Made by a program: the position numbers and the translations under genes | Shown: positions 28,578 through 37,516 of the stretch, piece after piece | Layout of the letters: every line of letters starts with the position of its first letter | How positions within the stretch are numbered: the first letter of the stretch is position 1 | DNA from: Candidatus Coprenecus stercoravium | Lineage (GTDB): Bacteria; Bacteroidota; Bacteroidia; Bacteroidales; UBA932 | DNA: 64,000 nucleotides | Direction of reading: 5' to 3' | Assembly (NCBI GenBank): GCA_019116865.1 | Contig: DXAW01000093.1 | Span: 14,640 to 78,639, forward strand | Notes under the pieces: generated by a model | Seen by the model: the letters and a program-made list of their open reading frames with translations, nothing else | Database searches by the model: none | What the model was told of the DNA's origin: nothing

Positions 28578-29924
28578 ATGATGCCTGAAACCACCCCGGA
28601 GCTCGACCAGAAATACAGCGGATGCGTCCGAAAGCTGTATTCAATCGCCCCATCTTTCCAGGTGGTCGGGGCTGCCGGCTATCATCCCGGACTGGAGACT
28701 ATGACGGATTTCGCAGCGTTCTTGGGTAATCCGCATAAGAGACTGAATACCATACACATCGCAGGAACCAACGGTAAGGGCTCCGTGGCCCATATGCTCG
28801 CATCCGCTCTTGCATCGGTGCGTCCAGGTTCCAGAATAGGCCTTTACACGTCGCCGCACTTGCTGGATTTCCGGGAGAGGATAAAGGTCATATCCACTGA
28901 TTACCGGCGGAACGGCGTGTATTTCCGGGAGATAGGCAAGCAGGACGTGGTGGATTTCCTGGACAGGGCCGGAGATTTCATGGATGTCCGCAGGCCTTCG
29001 TTTTTCGAGATTACCACTGCCATGGCGCTTGACTATTTTGACCGGATGAAAGTAGATGCCGCAGTGATGGAAACTGGTCTCGGAGGCAGGCTTGACTCAA
29101 CGAATATTATCATCCCCCAGCTGAGTGTCATAACATCGATAGGACTGGACCATAAGGATATACTCGGAGATACCATTGAAAAGATAGCGGCGGAGAAAGC
29201 AGGAATCATCAAGCCGGGTGTTCCCGTCGTAGTCGGGGACGTTCCTCATGAGGCATTTGAAGTAATCAGTGCCGTGGCGGAGCAGTGCGGAAGCCGTTTG
29301 TACATGGCGGGAGACATGTGCGATGACTGCGTGAGCGCTGAAGCGGCGGCACTGGAGGCCGACCTGCATTCGGACTGTCAGGAGAAGAATATCAGGACAG
29401 TACTGACGGCTCTCGGCGTAATGGGGCTGGGTGCGGTCCGTAAGGAATCCTCAGCTTATGAGGCCATTGTCCATGCGGCGGCCTTTACGGGACTGAGGGG
29501 CAGGTGGGAGAGACTGGCTTCACGGCCGGAGGTGATATGCGATATCGGCCATAATGTGGAGGCGGTCACGGTCTCTGTGAGGCAGTTGAAGGAACTGGCC
29601 GGAGGCAGGCATCTGACAATGGTGTTCGGTATGGCTTCGGACAAGGATGTGGAGGCTGTGCTGCGGCTTCTGCCTAAGGGTGCGCGGTATGTTTTTACAC
29701 AGGCTCAGGGTACCCGTGCCATGCCGTGCGGGCGGCTGCGTCAGATGGCGCTTGAAGCCGGGATAGCGTGCTCCCGTACTGCCGGGCGTGTGGCCGATGC
29801 CTTCGAGGCTGCGCTGGATATTTCATCTCCGGATGACATAGTGTTTGTCGGCGGAAGCAGCTACGTGGTGGCCGAAGCTCTGGAATATTGGAACGAAAAG
29901 ATGTGTAACAAAAAAGTTAATTAA
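28578..29924 (+). CDS. folC: Folylpolyglutamate synthase / dihydrofolate synthase
   Basis: The Mur-ligase P-loop HIAGTNGKGSV is present and the family resemblance runs the full length. The ATG at 28578 is preferred, because the upstream part of the tracked ORF overlaps purL on the opposite strand. Confidence 0.85.
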   Translation: MMPETTPELDQKYSGCVRKLYSIAPSFQVVGAAGYHPGLETMTDFAAFLGNPHKRLNTIHIAGTNGKGSVAHMLASALASVRPGSRIGLYTSPHLLDFRERIKVISTDYRRNGVYFREIGKQDVVDFLDRAGDFMDVRRPSFFEITTAMALDYFDRMKVDAAVMETGLGGRLDSTNIIIPQLSVITSIGLDHKDILGDTIEKIAAEKAGIIKPGVPVVVGDVPHEAFEVISAVAEQCGSRLYMAGDMCDDCVSAEAAALEADLHSDCQEKNIRTVLTALGVMGLGAVRKESSAYEAIVHAAAFTGLRGRWERLASRPEVICDIGHNVEAVTVSVRQLKELAGGRHLTMVFGMASDKDVEAVLRLLPKGARYVFTQAQGTRAMPCGRLRQMALEAGIACSRTAGRVADAFEAALDISSPDDIVFVGGSSYVVAEALEYWNEKMCNKKVN

Positions 29925-29948
29925 TATAACAAAATAGTTAAATAAACT

Positions 29949-31316
29949 ATGAGCCTGATTTATACTATGATTGTGCTGTTTATTGTCGGCTATTTTCTCA
30001 TAGCTGTGGAGCACAGGACAAATGTCAGTAAATCATCAGTGGCGCTGGTGCTCTGCTGCATTCTCTGGGGACTTCTGAGTATATTCTCATCCAGGATAGA
30101 CCCGGCCCTTACTCACGATGTCGTAAGCACCGACCTGTTGGCCGCTCTTGGAAGCACCTGCGAGATAATCATATTTTTGATAGGAGCGATGACCATTGTG
30201 GATATCATTGACACCCATGGAGGATTCGAGGTGATTACCCGTCAGATTAAGACCCGCAGGAAGACCAGGCTGATGTGGCTGATCGCTTTCCTTACGTTCT
30301 TCATGTCATCAGTACTCGACAATATGACCACCACTATCATAATGGTGATGCTGATGCGCCGGATGCTCTCCAATTATAAGGAAAGATGGCTTTTCGCATC
30401 CATAATAATCATTGCCGCAAACTGCGGCGGCGCATGGTCTCCTATCGGGGATGTGACGACAATCATGCTGTGGATGAAGGGCAATGTAGGGACGGCCAAG
30501 CTGATGAGCTCGCTTATACTTCCTTCGCTTGTGTCCGTGGTGATACCGACAGCGGTGGCGACCAGGTTCCTCAAGGGTATGATTGCCCGCCAACAGACCA
30601 ACGAGGAGATATCCATTAGACCGTCGTACATCACCGGCGGAGAGAGCCGTACGATATTGATTCTCGGAGTGCTGCTGCTTATAATGGTGCCTGTGTTCAA
30701 GAGTGTGGCCGGTCTGCCTCCGTATATGAGCGTAATGTTTGCCCTGGGTATTCTTTGGTTCTATACTGACATGATGTACAGGCGCAAACGCAATGTGGAG
30801 GAGTCGGTGAAACAGAAAGTGTCGAAGGTCATCAAGCACATAGATATGCCTACGATTCTATTCTTCCTAGGCATACTCATGGCCGTGTCCGCCCTGGAGT
30901 GCGCCGGCATATTGGGCGCTATGGCCGAGGGGCTTAATAAAGGCATGCACAATATATACGCCATCAATACCGTCATAGGACTGCTCTCGTCCGTGATAGA
31001 TAATGTGCCTCTTGTGGCCGCCAGCATGGGTATGTATCCTATACCCGATGCCGCTGCCATCGCTGCCTCGGCGGATCCTGAATTCCTTTCTCACTTTGTC
31101 GCAGACGGGGATTTCTGGCATCTTCTGGCATACTGTGCCGGCACCGGCGGAAGCATCCTGATCATCGGCTCTGCGGCCGGAGTGGTGGCCATGGGTCTGG
31201 AAAACATCAACTTCATGTGGTATTTCAAGAATATCAGCTTCCTGGCTCTTATCGGATATCTGGCTGGTATCGGAATATTTATCCTGCAGGACTTGTTTAT
31301 CGCTCCACTTTTATAA
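29949..31316 (+). CDS. nhaD: NhaD/ArsB-superfamily Na+/H+ antiporter
   Basis: The protein is 455 aa and polytopic, with NhaD-like motifs (SSVLDNMTTT, SSVIDNVPLVAA). Confidence 0.65.
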   Translation: MSLIYTMIVLFIVGYFLIAVEHRTNVSKSSVALVLCCILWGLLSIFSSRIDPALTHDVVSTDLLAALGSTCEIIIFLIGAMTIVDIIDTHGGFEVITRQIKTRRKTRLMWLIAFLTFFMSSVLDNMTTTIIMVMLMRRMLSNYKERWLFASIIIIAANCGGAWSPIGDVTTIMLWMKGNVGTAKLMSSLILPSLVSVVIPTAVATRFLKGMIARQQTNEEISIRPSYITGGESRTILILGVLLLIMVPVFKSVAGLPPYMSVMFALGILWFYTDMMYRRKRNVEESVKQKVSKVIKHIDMPTILFFLGILMAVSALECAGILGAMAEGLNKGMHNIYAINTVIGLLSSVIDNVPLVAASMGMYPIPDAAAIAASADPEFLSHFVADGDFWHLLAYCAGTGGSILIIGSAAGVVAMGLENINFMWYFKNISFLALIGYLAGIGIFILQDLFIAPLL

Positions 31317-31325
31317 TATTGCGGC

Positions 31326-32534
31326 ATGAGGCAGATAATCACCCATTTTACAGATGACGACCTGTATAAGTTCACCATGTGCTGTGCTGTGATAGATAAT
31401 TTCCCCCGCGCGCAGGTCAAATATACATTCACCGACAGGGACGGCACCGTATATCCGGATGGGTTCGCCCGTGATCTCTCGGAGCAGATAGCAATGCTGG
31501 AAGATGTGGTCATTACGGCTAAGGAGATAGAATTCATGAAGCGCCGCTGCCGCTATATTCCGGGTTGGTTTTACAATTATCTGAAAGGCTATCGTTTTGA
31601 CCGCCGCTGGGTTACTGTCAGGCAGGACAGTGCGGGACATCTGGAAATAGATATCGAGGGCAGCTGGGCTGATACGATTCTCCTGGAGGTAAAGATACTT
31701 GCGATAATCTCGGAGCTGTATTACATAAGGACAGGACAGAACGCCTCGTTCGACTATGACAGCTATTATCATAAGACCTATCGCAAGGCCGAAAGGCTTC
31801 TTGAGGCCGGATGTGTATACAGTGACTTCGGTACACGGCGCCGGGCGTCTTTCGAAGCCGAGGATACTGTGGTTCGGGCAATGAAGGACTGTGCCTCGTC
31901 ACGGGATTGGCCCGGACGGTTTGTGGGCACGAGCAATGTTTATCTGGCGATGAAATATGACCTGCTTCCTGTCGGAACCATGGCGCATGAGTTCATCTGT
32001 GCGATAGGAGGGATGTACGGTCCTCAGATGGCCAATCACATAGCAATGGATTGTTGGCGCAATACATTCAGGGGCGCTTTGGGAACTTTCCTTTATGACA
32101 GCTTCGGATGGAACATATTCAGCCTTAATTTCTCGGAGGATTTCGCCAATCTTTTCAAAGGACTAAGGGTGGACAGCGGGGACAACAGGGAGCAGCTGAT
32201 GCGTATTGTCGACAAGTACCGCTCTCTCGGCATTGATCCGAGGACCAAGCAGGTGGTGTTCAGCAATGCCCTGAACGTGGATCAGGCTATAGAAATCCAG
32301 AAATATGCGGTTGAATACTGTCAGCCTTCTTTCGGTATCGGCACCCACTTCACCAATGATTTTGACGGAGTGCGCCCGATGAACATAGTAATCAAGCTTA
32401 TTGCGACTAAAATCACAGAATCCTGGGACTTCTACAACGACACCTGTAAGCTCAGTGAGGACACCGGCAAGCACACCGGCCGTCCCGAAGTGGTAAGCCG
32501 TTTCATGGACGCCCTGAACTTCAAGCAAAAATAA
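31326..32534 (+). CDS. pncB: Nicotinate phosphoribosyltransferase
   Basis: The N-terminal TDDDLYKFTM and the internal FGTRRR and GTMAHE motifs are present. Confidence 0.9.
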   Translation: MRQIITHFTDDDLYKFTMCCAVIDNFPRAQVKYTFTDRDGTVYPDGFARDLSEQIAMLEDVVITAKEIEFMKRRCRYIPGWFYNYLKGYRFDRRWVTVRQDSAGHLEIDIEGSWADTILLEVKILAIISELYYIRTGQNASFDYDSYYHKTYRKAERLLEAGCVYSDFGTRRRASFEAEDTVVRAMKDCASSRDWPGRFVGTSNVYLAMKYDLLPVGTMAHEFICAIGGMYGPQMANHIAMDCWRNTFRGALGTFLYDSFGWNIFSLNFSEDFANLFKGLRVDSGDNREQLMRIVDKYRSLGIDPRTKQVVFSNALNVDQAIEIQKYAVEYCQPSFGIGTHFTNDFDGVRPMNIVIKLIATKITESWDFYNDTCKLSEDTGKHTGRPEVVSRFMDALNFKQK

Positions 32535-32546
32535 AGATAAAACAAA

Positions 32547-32580
32547 AGAAGCAGTCACATTTCTGTAACTGCTTCTTTTT
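32547..32580. terminator. Bidirectional intrinsic terminator shared by pncB and tRNA-Val
   Basis: AGAAGCAGT and ACTGCTTCT form a 9-bp stem, and T-runs follow on both strands. The hairpin abuts the tRNA 3' end. Confidence 0.6.
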
Positions 32581-32658
32581 TGGTGGGAGCTGAGGGAGTC
32601 GAACCCCCGACCCTCTGCTTGTAAGGCAGACGCTCTAAACCAACTGAGCTAAGCTCCC
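32581..32658 (-). tRNA. tRNA-Val (anticodon TAC), CCA encoded
   Basis: The reverse complement folds as a cloverleaf. The acceptor stem is GGGAGCT/AGCTCCC and the D arm is GCTC-AGTTGGTTTA-GAGC. The anticodon arm is TCTGC-CTTACAA-GCAGA, the T arm carries TTCGACT, and the 3' end is ACCA. Confidence 0.9.
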
Positions 32659-32676
32659 TTGTTGCTTTTGCGGATG

Positions 32677-32684
32677 CAAATATA
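32677..32684 (-). promoter_or_regulatory. Candidate -7 promoter element (TATATTTG) for tRNA-Val
   Basis: The minus strand reads TATATTTG about 19 nt upstream of the mature tRNA 5' end. Confidence 0.35.
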
Positions 32685-32726
32685 GGACATATTTTTATTC
32701 TACCAAAAATTTTTTGATAATTTTTT

Positions 32727-34598
32727 CTAATTCTGGATGACGATGCTGTATTTTTTAATCAGTCTGCTGATTTCCGGATCAAGATTACCTCTGAAAAACA
32801 GGGATTTGTCCTGCTTGACAGCATTGATGTAGCATTCTACGGCCAGTTTCTCATTTCCGATACGGGAATGACATACTGCAAGCAGGTAGTCTCTTCCTGC
32901 GGATACAGGCAGATCTTCCAGGATGTTCATTGCGGAGGCGTTGTAGTCCATTGCCAGGAATGCCACGGCGCTGTTGATGTCCCTGTAGCCTCCGAGTATT
33001 TTCAAGGCTTCGGCATAATTACGGTTCTTGAGAGCCTGGACGCCCTTTCGGTATACTGTGTCCAATTCTGTGGTGTGTACGGTGTCCTTGACCATGTCCT
33101 TGCGGTGAAGATGGAATTTAAAGTCCACTTCCCTCAAAAGCGGATAGAGAGAAGAGCGAATGTACGGATATTCTGGGTGACTGCTCAGAAGATGCTCTTT
33201 TTGTCCGCTAGGGGCATCATTGAGCATGGTCATGATTCCGGTCTTGTCTTTTACGGCTGAGTCGGAGATGACAAGCAGTTTTAATTTATCCCAGTTTCCG
33301 GGAATGTGTTTCTCTGAAGTCCTGACTCCAAGGCTGTCCAGATATCCGGATATGGAATGCGCTCTTCGTTTCGCCAGATATGAGTTCATGTCAGGACTGC
33401 CTTCAGGAGAGCATGAGGCCGTAATGATGATGCTGTCTGCGATGAACTCCTTGCTTGTCAGGATATCGGAGATAATGGACCGTATGTATTCCAGTTCCGC
33501 CTGATTGGACATGTAGCTGCCGTCAATGGTATATGCGCCGGGTCTGAAATTAATGGATGCCGTGGTATTGAACTCCATGCGGCGTTCTATGATTTTTGTC
33601 ACATAGCGGTCTATGTCTTCTGCGAATGTCGAGAATGACGAGACATAGAAAGTGACGGCGTCGGAGAGAGGAAATTTATGCAGCAGCTCTCCTTGACAGT
33701 AAATGCCTCCGTCAATTAAAATGTCTATCTTTTTCAGGTCCGCTCTTGTCTTGAAATCTTCAACATAGCTGAATGTGAAATCACCGTCGTCTTGAACGGA
33801 CAGGGTATCCAATCTTATACCTTCGTCGGCAACGGGGGCCTTTACAAGCTGGAAGAATTTATGCTGAAGATTGTTTTTCTTTCTGTTGTTGCGTGATATC
33901 AGTGCTTTCTTCGAGAAATGCTGCCTGGCCTCGGTGAAGGATATTCCGTACAGCCCGGTTATCCGGCTAGAGTCTACGAAGGATGAATCTGTCCTGAGTG
34001 CTGCCGCCTCCGGAAAATTACGCTCGATGAAGGCTTCCAGGGGACCGCTGTGAAATAGTAGGGTAGAGTCTGTGATGATGCTGGCCAGGAAGCGCCTGTA
34101 CAGCTCATAGCCTCTTAGCTGACGTTTTCTGTACTCGCTTCCGGTTATGTACAGCGGCTCCAGCTCCAGAGTGTCGTTTTTCAGAACCGCATGCGGAACG
34201 ATACGTATCTGCCACTGTCGGTTCAACATCTTTTCCGGTACGTTGATGTCAAATGCAAGGCGTATCCGGCCGTTTCTCTCCGGTATGTTCTTGAATCTGG
34301 CAGTGACGACCACCGGATTAAGGGGTACGCTTGCGTGCAGGGTGCCGGTGGAGTCCATGGTGGCTTTCATAAAATGGACCCGTTTCCCGTCCTCGTTCAC
34401 GATGGTGAGTGTGTCGGCATCCAATGTCTCCGGCAGTAGGTGTGCCGCAGAGTCAGGTGTGTGGTCCGGCGGAATCTGTATTGCGATGGATACACTGTCC
34501 CTGACAAGTGATCTGGCCTCCATTCTTGCTATGGCCGTGCATGAGGATGAAGCTGCGGCAGATACGGCAAAACATATGAGAAGAAATGTGCGCCTCAT
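32727..34598 (-). CDS. DUF3868-like exported protein with OmpA-like and TPR-like C-terminal regions
   Basis: A signal peptide is present. The N-terminal pattern RIRLAFDINVP..WQIRIVPHAV..LEPLYITGSEYRKRQLR is DUF3868-like. ITASCSPEGSPDMNSYLAKRRAHSISGYL is OmpA-like. Confidence 0.55.
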   Translation of the reverse strand: MRRTFLLICFAVSAAASSSCTAIARMEARSLVRDSVSIAIQIPPDHTPDSAAHLLPETLDADTLTIVNEDGKRVHFMKATMDSTGTLHASVPLNPVVVTARFKNIPERNGRIRLAFDINVPEKMLNRQWQIRIVPHAVLKNDTLELEPLYITGSEYRKRQLRGYELYRRFLASIITDSTLLFHSGPLEAFIERNFPEAAALRTDSSFVDSSRITGLYGISFTEARQHFSKKALISRNNRKKNNLQHKFFQLVKAPVADEGIRLDTLSVQDDGDFTFSYVEDFKTRADLKKIDILIDGGIYCQGELLHKFPLSDAVTFYVSSFSTFAEDIDRYVTKIIERRMEFNTTASINFRPGAYTIDGSYMSNQAELEYIRSIISDILTSKEFIADSIIITASCSPEGSPDMNSYLAKRRAHSISGYLDSLGVRTSEKHIPGNWDKLKLLVISDSAVKDKTGIMTMLNDAPSGQKEHLLSSHPEYPYIRSSLYPLLREVDFKFHLHRKDMVKDTVHTTELDTVYRKGVQALKNRNYAEALKILGGYRDINSAVAFLAMDYNASAMNILEDLPVSAGRDYLLAVCHSRIGNEKLAVECYINAVKQDKSLFFRGNLDPEISRLIKKYSIVIQN

Positions 34599-34599
34599 G

Positions 34600-35172
34600 T
34601 CAGAAAGTGTATTGAATGTTTATCTGGATATCGTCCGGAGCGATGAATGCTTTCCTCTCCGAGGACAGTCTTTTGCCGCATACAGGCGAACTGTAGGAGC
34701 GGAAGTCTGTGCCGCCGGCCCAGAGACCGATACCGAATTCTATATTGAGGTGTTTTGTGACCACCAGCGTGTATCCGAAATTGACCCCGAGTCCTATTGC
34801 GTCGCCTTCGAACGTCCTCTCGGAGACAATTCCGCCGGTGTTGAAGCGCTGCCATTGCATCCTGGCTCCGTAATAGAAGCCGGAATATACGAAGAACGGC
34901 CAGTACCGTGCCCCGGCGGCTATGCTGAGGGTCTTGTTGTGCAGAAAATCAGATGTGTTGCCTGCTTTTCTGAATTGAAACGGATTGTATCTTCCTTCTA
35001 TGGCCAGGCTCCAGTGCTTGTGCAGGGATACGCCTGCTTCGGCATTGACGGTTATAAAATTGGCATAGTCCAGTAAATTGGTGGCCACGCTCCATTTCTG
35101 AGCTGAAACGAAGGCAGGAAACATAATCAGCAGCAGAGCTGTTGCGGATAGTGACTTGATAGCTGTTCTCAT
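34600..35172 (-). CDS. DUF3575-like small outer-membrane beta-barrel protein
   Basis: The ATG at 35172 gives the signal peptide MRTAIKSLSATALLLIMFPAFVSAQ. The WSVATNLL..NAEAGVSL..WSLAIEGRYNPF pattern follows, and the protein ends in F. Confidence 0.6.
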   Translation of the reverse strand: MRTAIKSLSATALLLIMFPAFVSAQKWSVATNLLDYANFITVNAEAGVSLHKHWSLAIEGRYNPFQFRKAGNTSDFLHNKTLSIAAGARYWPFFVYSGFYYGARMQWQRFNTGGIVSERTFEGDAIGLGVNFGYTLVVTKHLNIEFGIGLWAGGTDFRSYSSPVCGKRLSSERKAFIAPDDIQINIQYTF

Positions 35173-35323
35173 ATTGTTGATGATTAAAAAACATCCGGCC
35201 CCTTCCATCTGCACGAGCCGTCCCTTTCTCTTTCTCCCCCACATCGGGTCCGGATGCGATGGCAAAGATACGGGCTTGATACATAGCGGAAAAACCACTT
35301 CGGTACAATTATGGAATGATTTT

Positions 35324-35357
35324 ATGATTATAAAATTCCTTTAATTTTTATAATCAT
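35324..35357. promoter_or_regulatory. Perfect 12-bp inverted repeat upstream of htpG (possible operator)
   Basis: ATGATTATAAAA-N10-TTTTATAATCAT lies about 100-135 nt upstream of the htpG ATG. Confidence 0.35.
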
Positions 35358-35458
35358 GGATTCTTGCTGTAAGTGCCTATGTGCCATTTTGGCAGGGCAG
35401 GGGCAGATGGTATGTGTTTTGCTCCGTAGTGCGGAAAGAAAATTAAAATTTTTAAGAT

Positions 35459-37510
35459 ATGTCACAGCAAAAAGGTAAGATAGGGGTTACGACAGAGAAT
35501 ATTTTCCCCGTAATTAAAAAATTTCTCTATTCGGATCATGAGATTTTCCTCCGTGAGCTTGTGGCCAATGCTGTTGATGCCACTCAGAAAGTAAAGGCGC
35601 TCTCAGGTACAGGAGAGCTGAAAGGCGAGCTTGGAGATCTGACCATCCGTATCACTGCGGACGATAAGAAGAACATCCTGACTGTCACAGACCGTGGTAT
35701 AGGTATGACAGATGAGGAAATAGACAAGTATATCAATCAGATAGCCTTCTCAGGTGCCGGAGAGTTCATCGAGAAGTACAAGGATGCGGCGGGCAATATC
35801 ATCGGTCATTTTGGTCTGGGATTCTATTCTGCCTTTATGGTCTCCAAGAAGGTTGTGATAGAGTCGCTTTCATGGAAAGAGGGTGCGAAGCCCGTAAGAT
35901 GGGAGTGCGAGGGCAATCCGGAGTTCGTGATGAAAGAGGGCAGCCGTACTGAGAGAGGTACCGAGATAACCCTTTATCTTGACGACGATGCCAAGGAGTT
36001 CGCTACAGCGGCGAAGGTGGAGGAGCTGCTCCGCAAGTACTGCCGTTTCATGCCTGTGCCCATTGCATTCGGAAAAGAGCAGGAGTGGAAGGACGGCAAA
36101 TATGTGGATACGGACAAGGACAAGATAATCAACGATACGGATCCGATATGGAATAAAAAGTCCGCTGATCTGAAGAAAGAGGACTATATGAAGTTCTATC
36201 GTGAGCTTTATCCCATGCTGGAGGAACCTCTGTTCTACATACATCTGAATGTGGACTATCCGTTCAACCTTACCGGTATCCTGTATTTCCCCAAAATCAA
36301 GGACCGTCTTGATGTGACCAAGAACAAGATACAGCTTTACTGCAATCAGGTGTTCGTCACCGATTCGGTCGACAATATCGTGCCGGATTTCCTGACCCTG
36401 CTGCACGGTGTGATAGACTCGCCGGATATCCCTCTGAATGTATCCAGAAGTTATCTTCAGTCGGATTCGAATGTGAAGAAGATTTCCACCTACATTACCA
36501 GGAAAGTGGCAGACCGTCTTGAGGATATCTTCAAGAACGACCGTAAGGAGTACGAGGAGAAGTGGGACAACCTCAAGCTCTTCATCGAATACGGTATGCT
36601 GACCGAGGAGAAATTCTGCGAGAGGGCCCTCAAGTTTGCCCTGATGAAGAACACTGACGGCAAGTTCTTCGCATACGATGATTACCGCAAGGCCATTGAG
36701 GCCGCCCAGACCGACAAGGACAAGAAGGTTATATATCTCTACGCCACCGATCCAGTGGCCCAGTACCAGTATATCGAGACAGCTAAGAACAAGGGCTACG
36801 ATGTCCTGCTCTTCGACTGCCAGCTCGATGCGCATTTTGTCAACCTGCTTGAGACAAAGATTCCGGACTCGACATTTGCCCGTGTGGATGCCGACTCGAT
36901 TGATAAACTTATCCGCAAGGAGGACGTCAAGGAGCCTGAGATGGCAGAGTCTGAGAAGACCGACCTCTCCGATATGTTCGAATCCGTCCTGCCTGAAGGC
37001 AACCACTACTTCGTAAAGCCTGAGAATCTGGGGGAGAACGGTGCTCCTATCCTGATTACCCAGTCTGAGTTCATGCGCCGTTACCGCGACATGTCGGCTC
37101 TCGGCGGAGGCATGAACTTCTACGGTGAGATGCCGGAGTCATATACTATCGACGTCAATATCCAGCATCCTCTTGTCAAGCGCATAATGGACGCCAAGGT
37201 CTCTGCGTTGTCGGAGCAGTGTGCTGCGTTTGACGCACGTAAGTCCGAGATTCAGGCAGGTATCGACAAACTGGATGCGGTCATGAAGGACAAGAAGGAT
37301 GAGGATATCCCCACTGCGGACAAGGATGCCAAGAAAGAGCTGGAGAAAGAGCTCGGAGAAGTACGCAGCCAGAGGAAGGAGGCGATGAAGGGCTTTGCCA
37401 AGGACAATGTCCTGCTGCATCAGGTGGTGGATCTGGCCCTGCTTGCCAACAATATGCTGAAAGGCAAGGACCTCTCGGAGTTCATCCGCAGAAGCATAGA
37501 AGTCCTGTAG
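35459..37510 (+). CDS. htpG: Molecular chaperone HtpG (Hsp90)
   Basis: The protein is 683 aa with the GHKL ATPase motifs FLRELVANAVDA and DRGIGMT. Confidence 0.95.
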   Translation: MSQQKGKIGVTTENIFPVIKKFLYSDHEIFLRELVANAVDATQKVKALSGTGELKGELGDLTIRITADDKKNILTVTDRGIGMTDEEIDKYINQIAFSGAGEFIEKYKDAAGNIIGHFGLGFYSAFMVSKKVVIESLSWKEGAKPVRWECEGNPEFVMKEGSRTERGTEITLYLDDDAKEFATAAKVEELLRKYCRFMPVPIAFGKEQEWKDGKYVDTDKDKIINDTDPIWNKKSADLKKEDYMKFYRELYPMLEEPLFYIHLNVDYPFNLTGILYFPKIKDRLDVTKNKIQLYCNQVFVTDSVDNIVPDFLTLLHGVIDSPDIPLNVSRSYLQSDSNVKKISTYITRKVADRLEDIFKNDRKEYEEKWDNLKLFIEYGMLTEEKFCERALKFALMKNTDGKFFAYDDYRKAIEAAQTDKDKKVIYLYATDPVAQYQYIETAKNKGYDVLLFDCQLDAHFVNLLETKIPDSTFARVDADSIDKLIRKEDVKEPEMAESEKTDLSDMFESVLPEGNHYFVKPENLGENGAPILITQSEFMRRYRDMSALGGGMNFYGEMPESYTIDVNIQHPLVKRIMDAKVSALSEQCAAFDARKSEIQAGIDKLDAVMKDKKDEDIPTADKDAKKELEKELGEVRSQRKEAMKGFAKDNVLLHQVVDLALLANNMLKGKDLSEFIRRSIEVL

Positions 37511-37516
37511 GGTAAC

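Noticed and set aside
32581-32726. tRNA-Val as an integration site for a mobile element.
   Set aside because: I found no integrase, excisionase or transposase gene on either side. I also did not spot a direct repeat of the tRNA 3' end in the flanking few kb.
35870-37006. A 378-aa ORF antisense to htpG.
   Set aside because: It lies entirely inside and opposite a confidently identified Hsp90 gene. The translation is low-complexity (L/V/H/G-rich) with no motifs. Long antisense ORFs are an expected by-product of codon bias in highly expressed genes.
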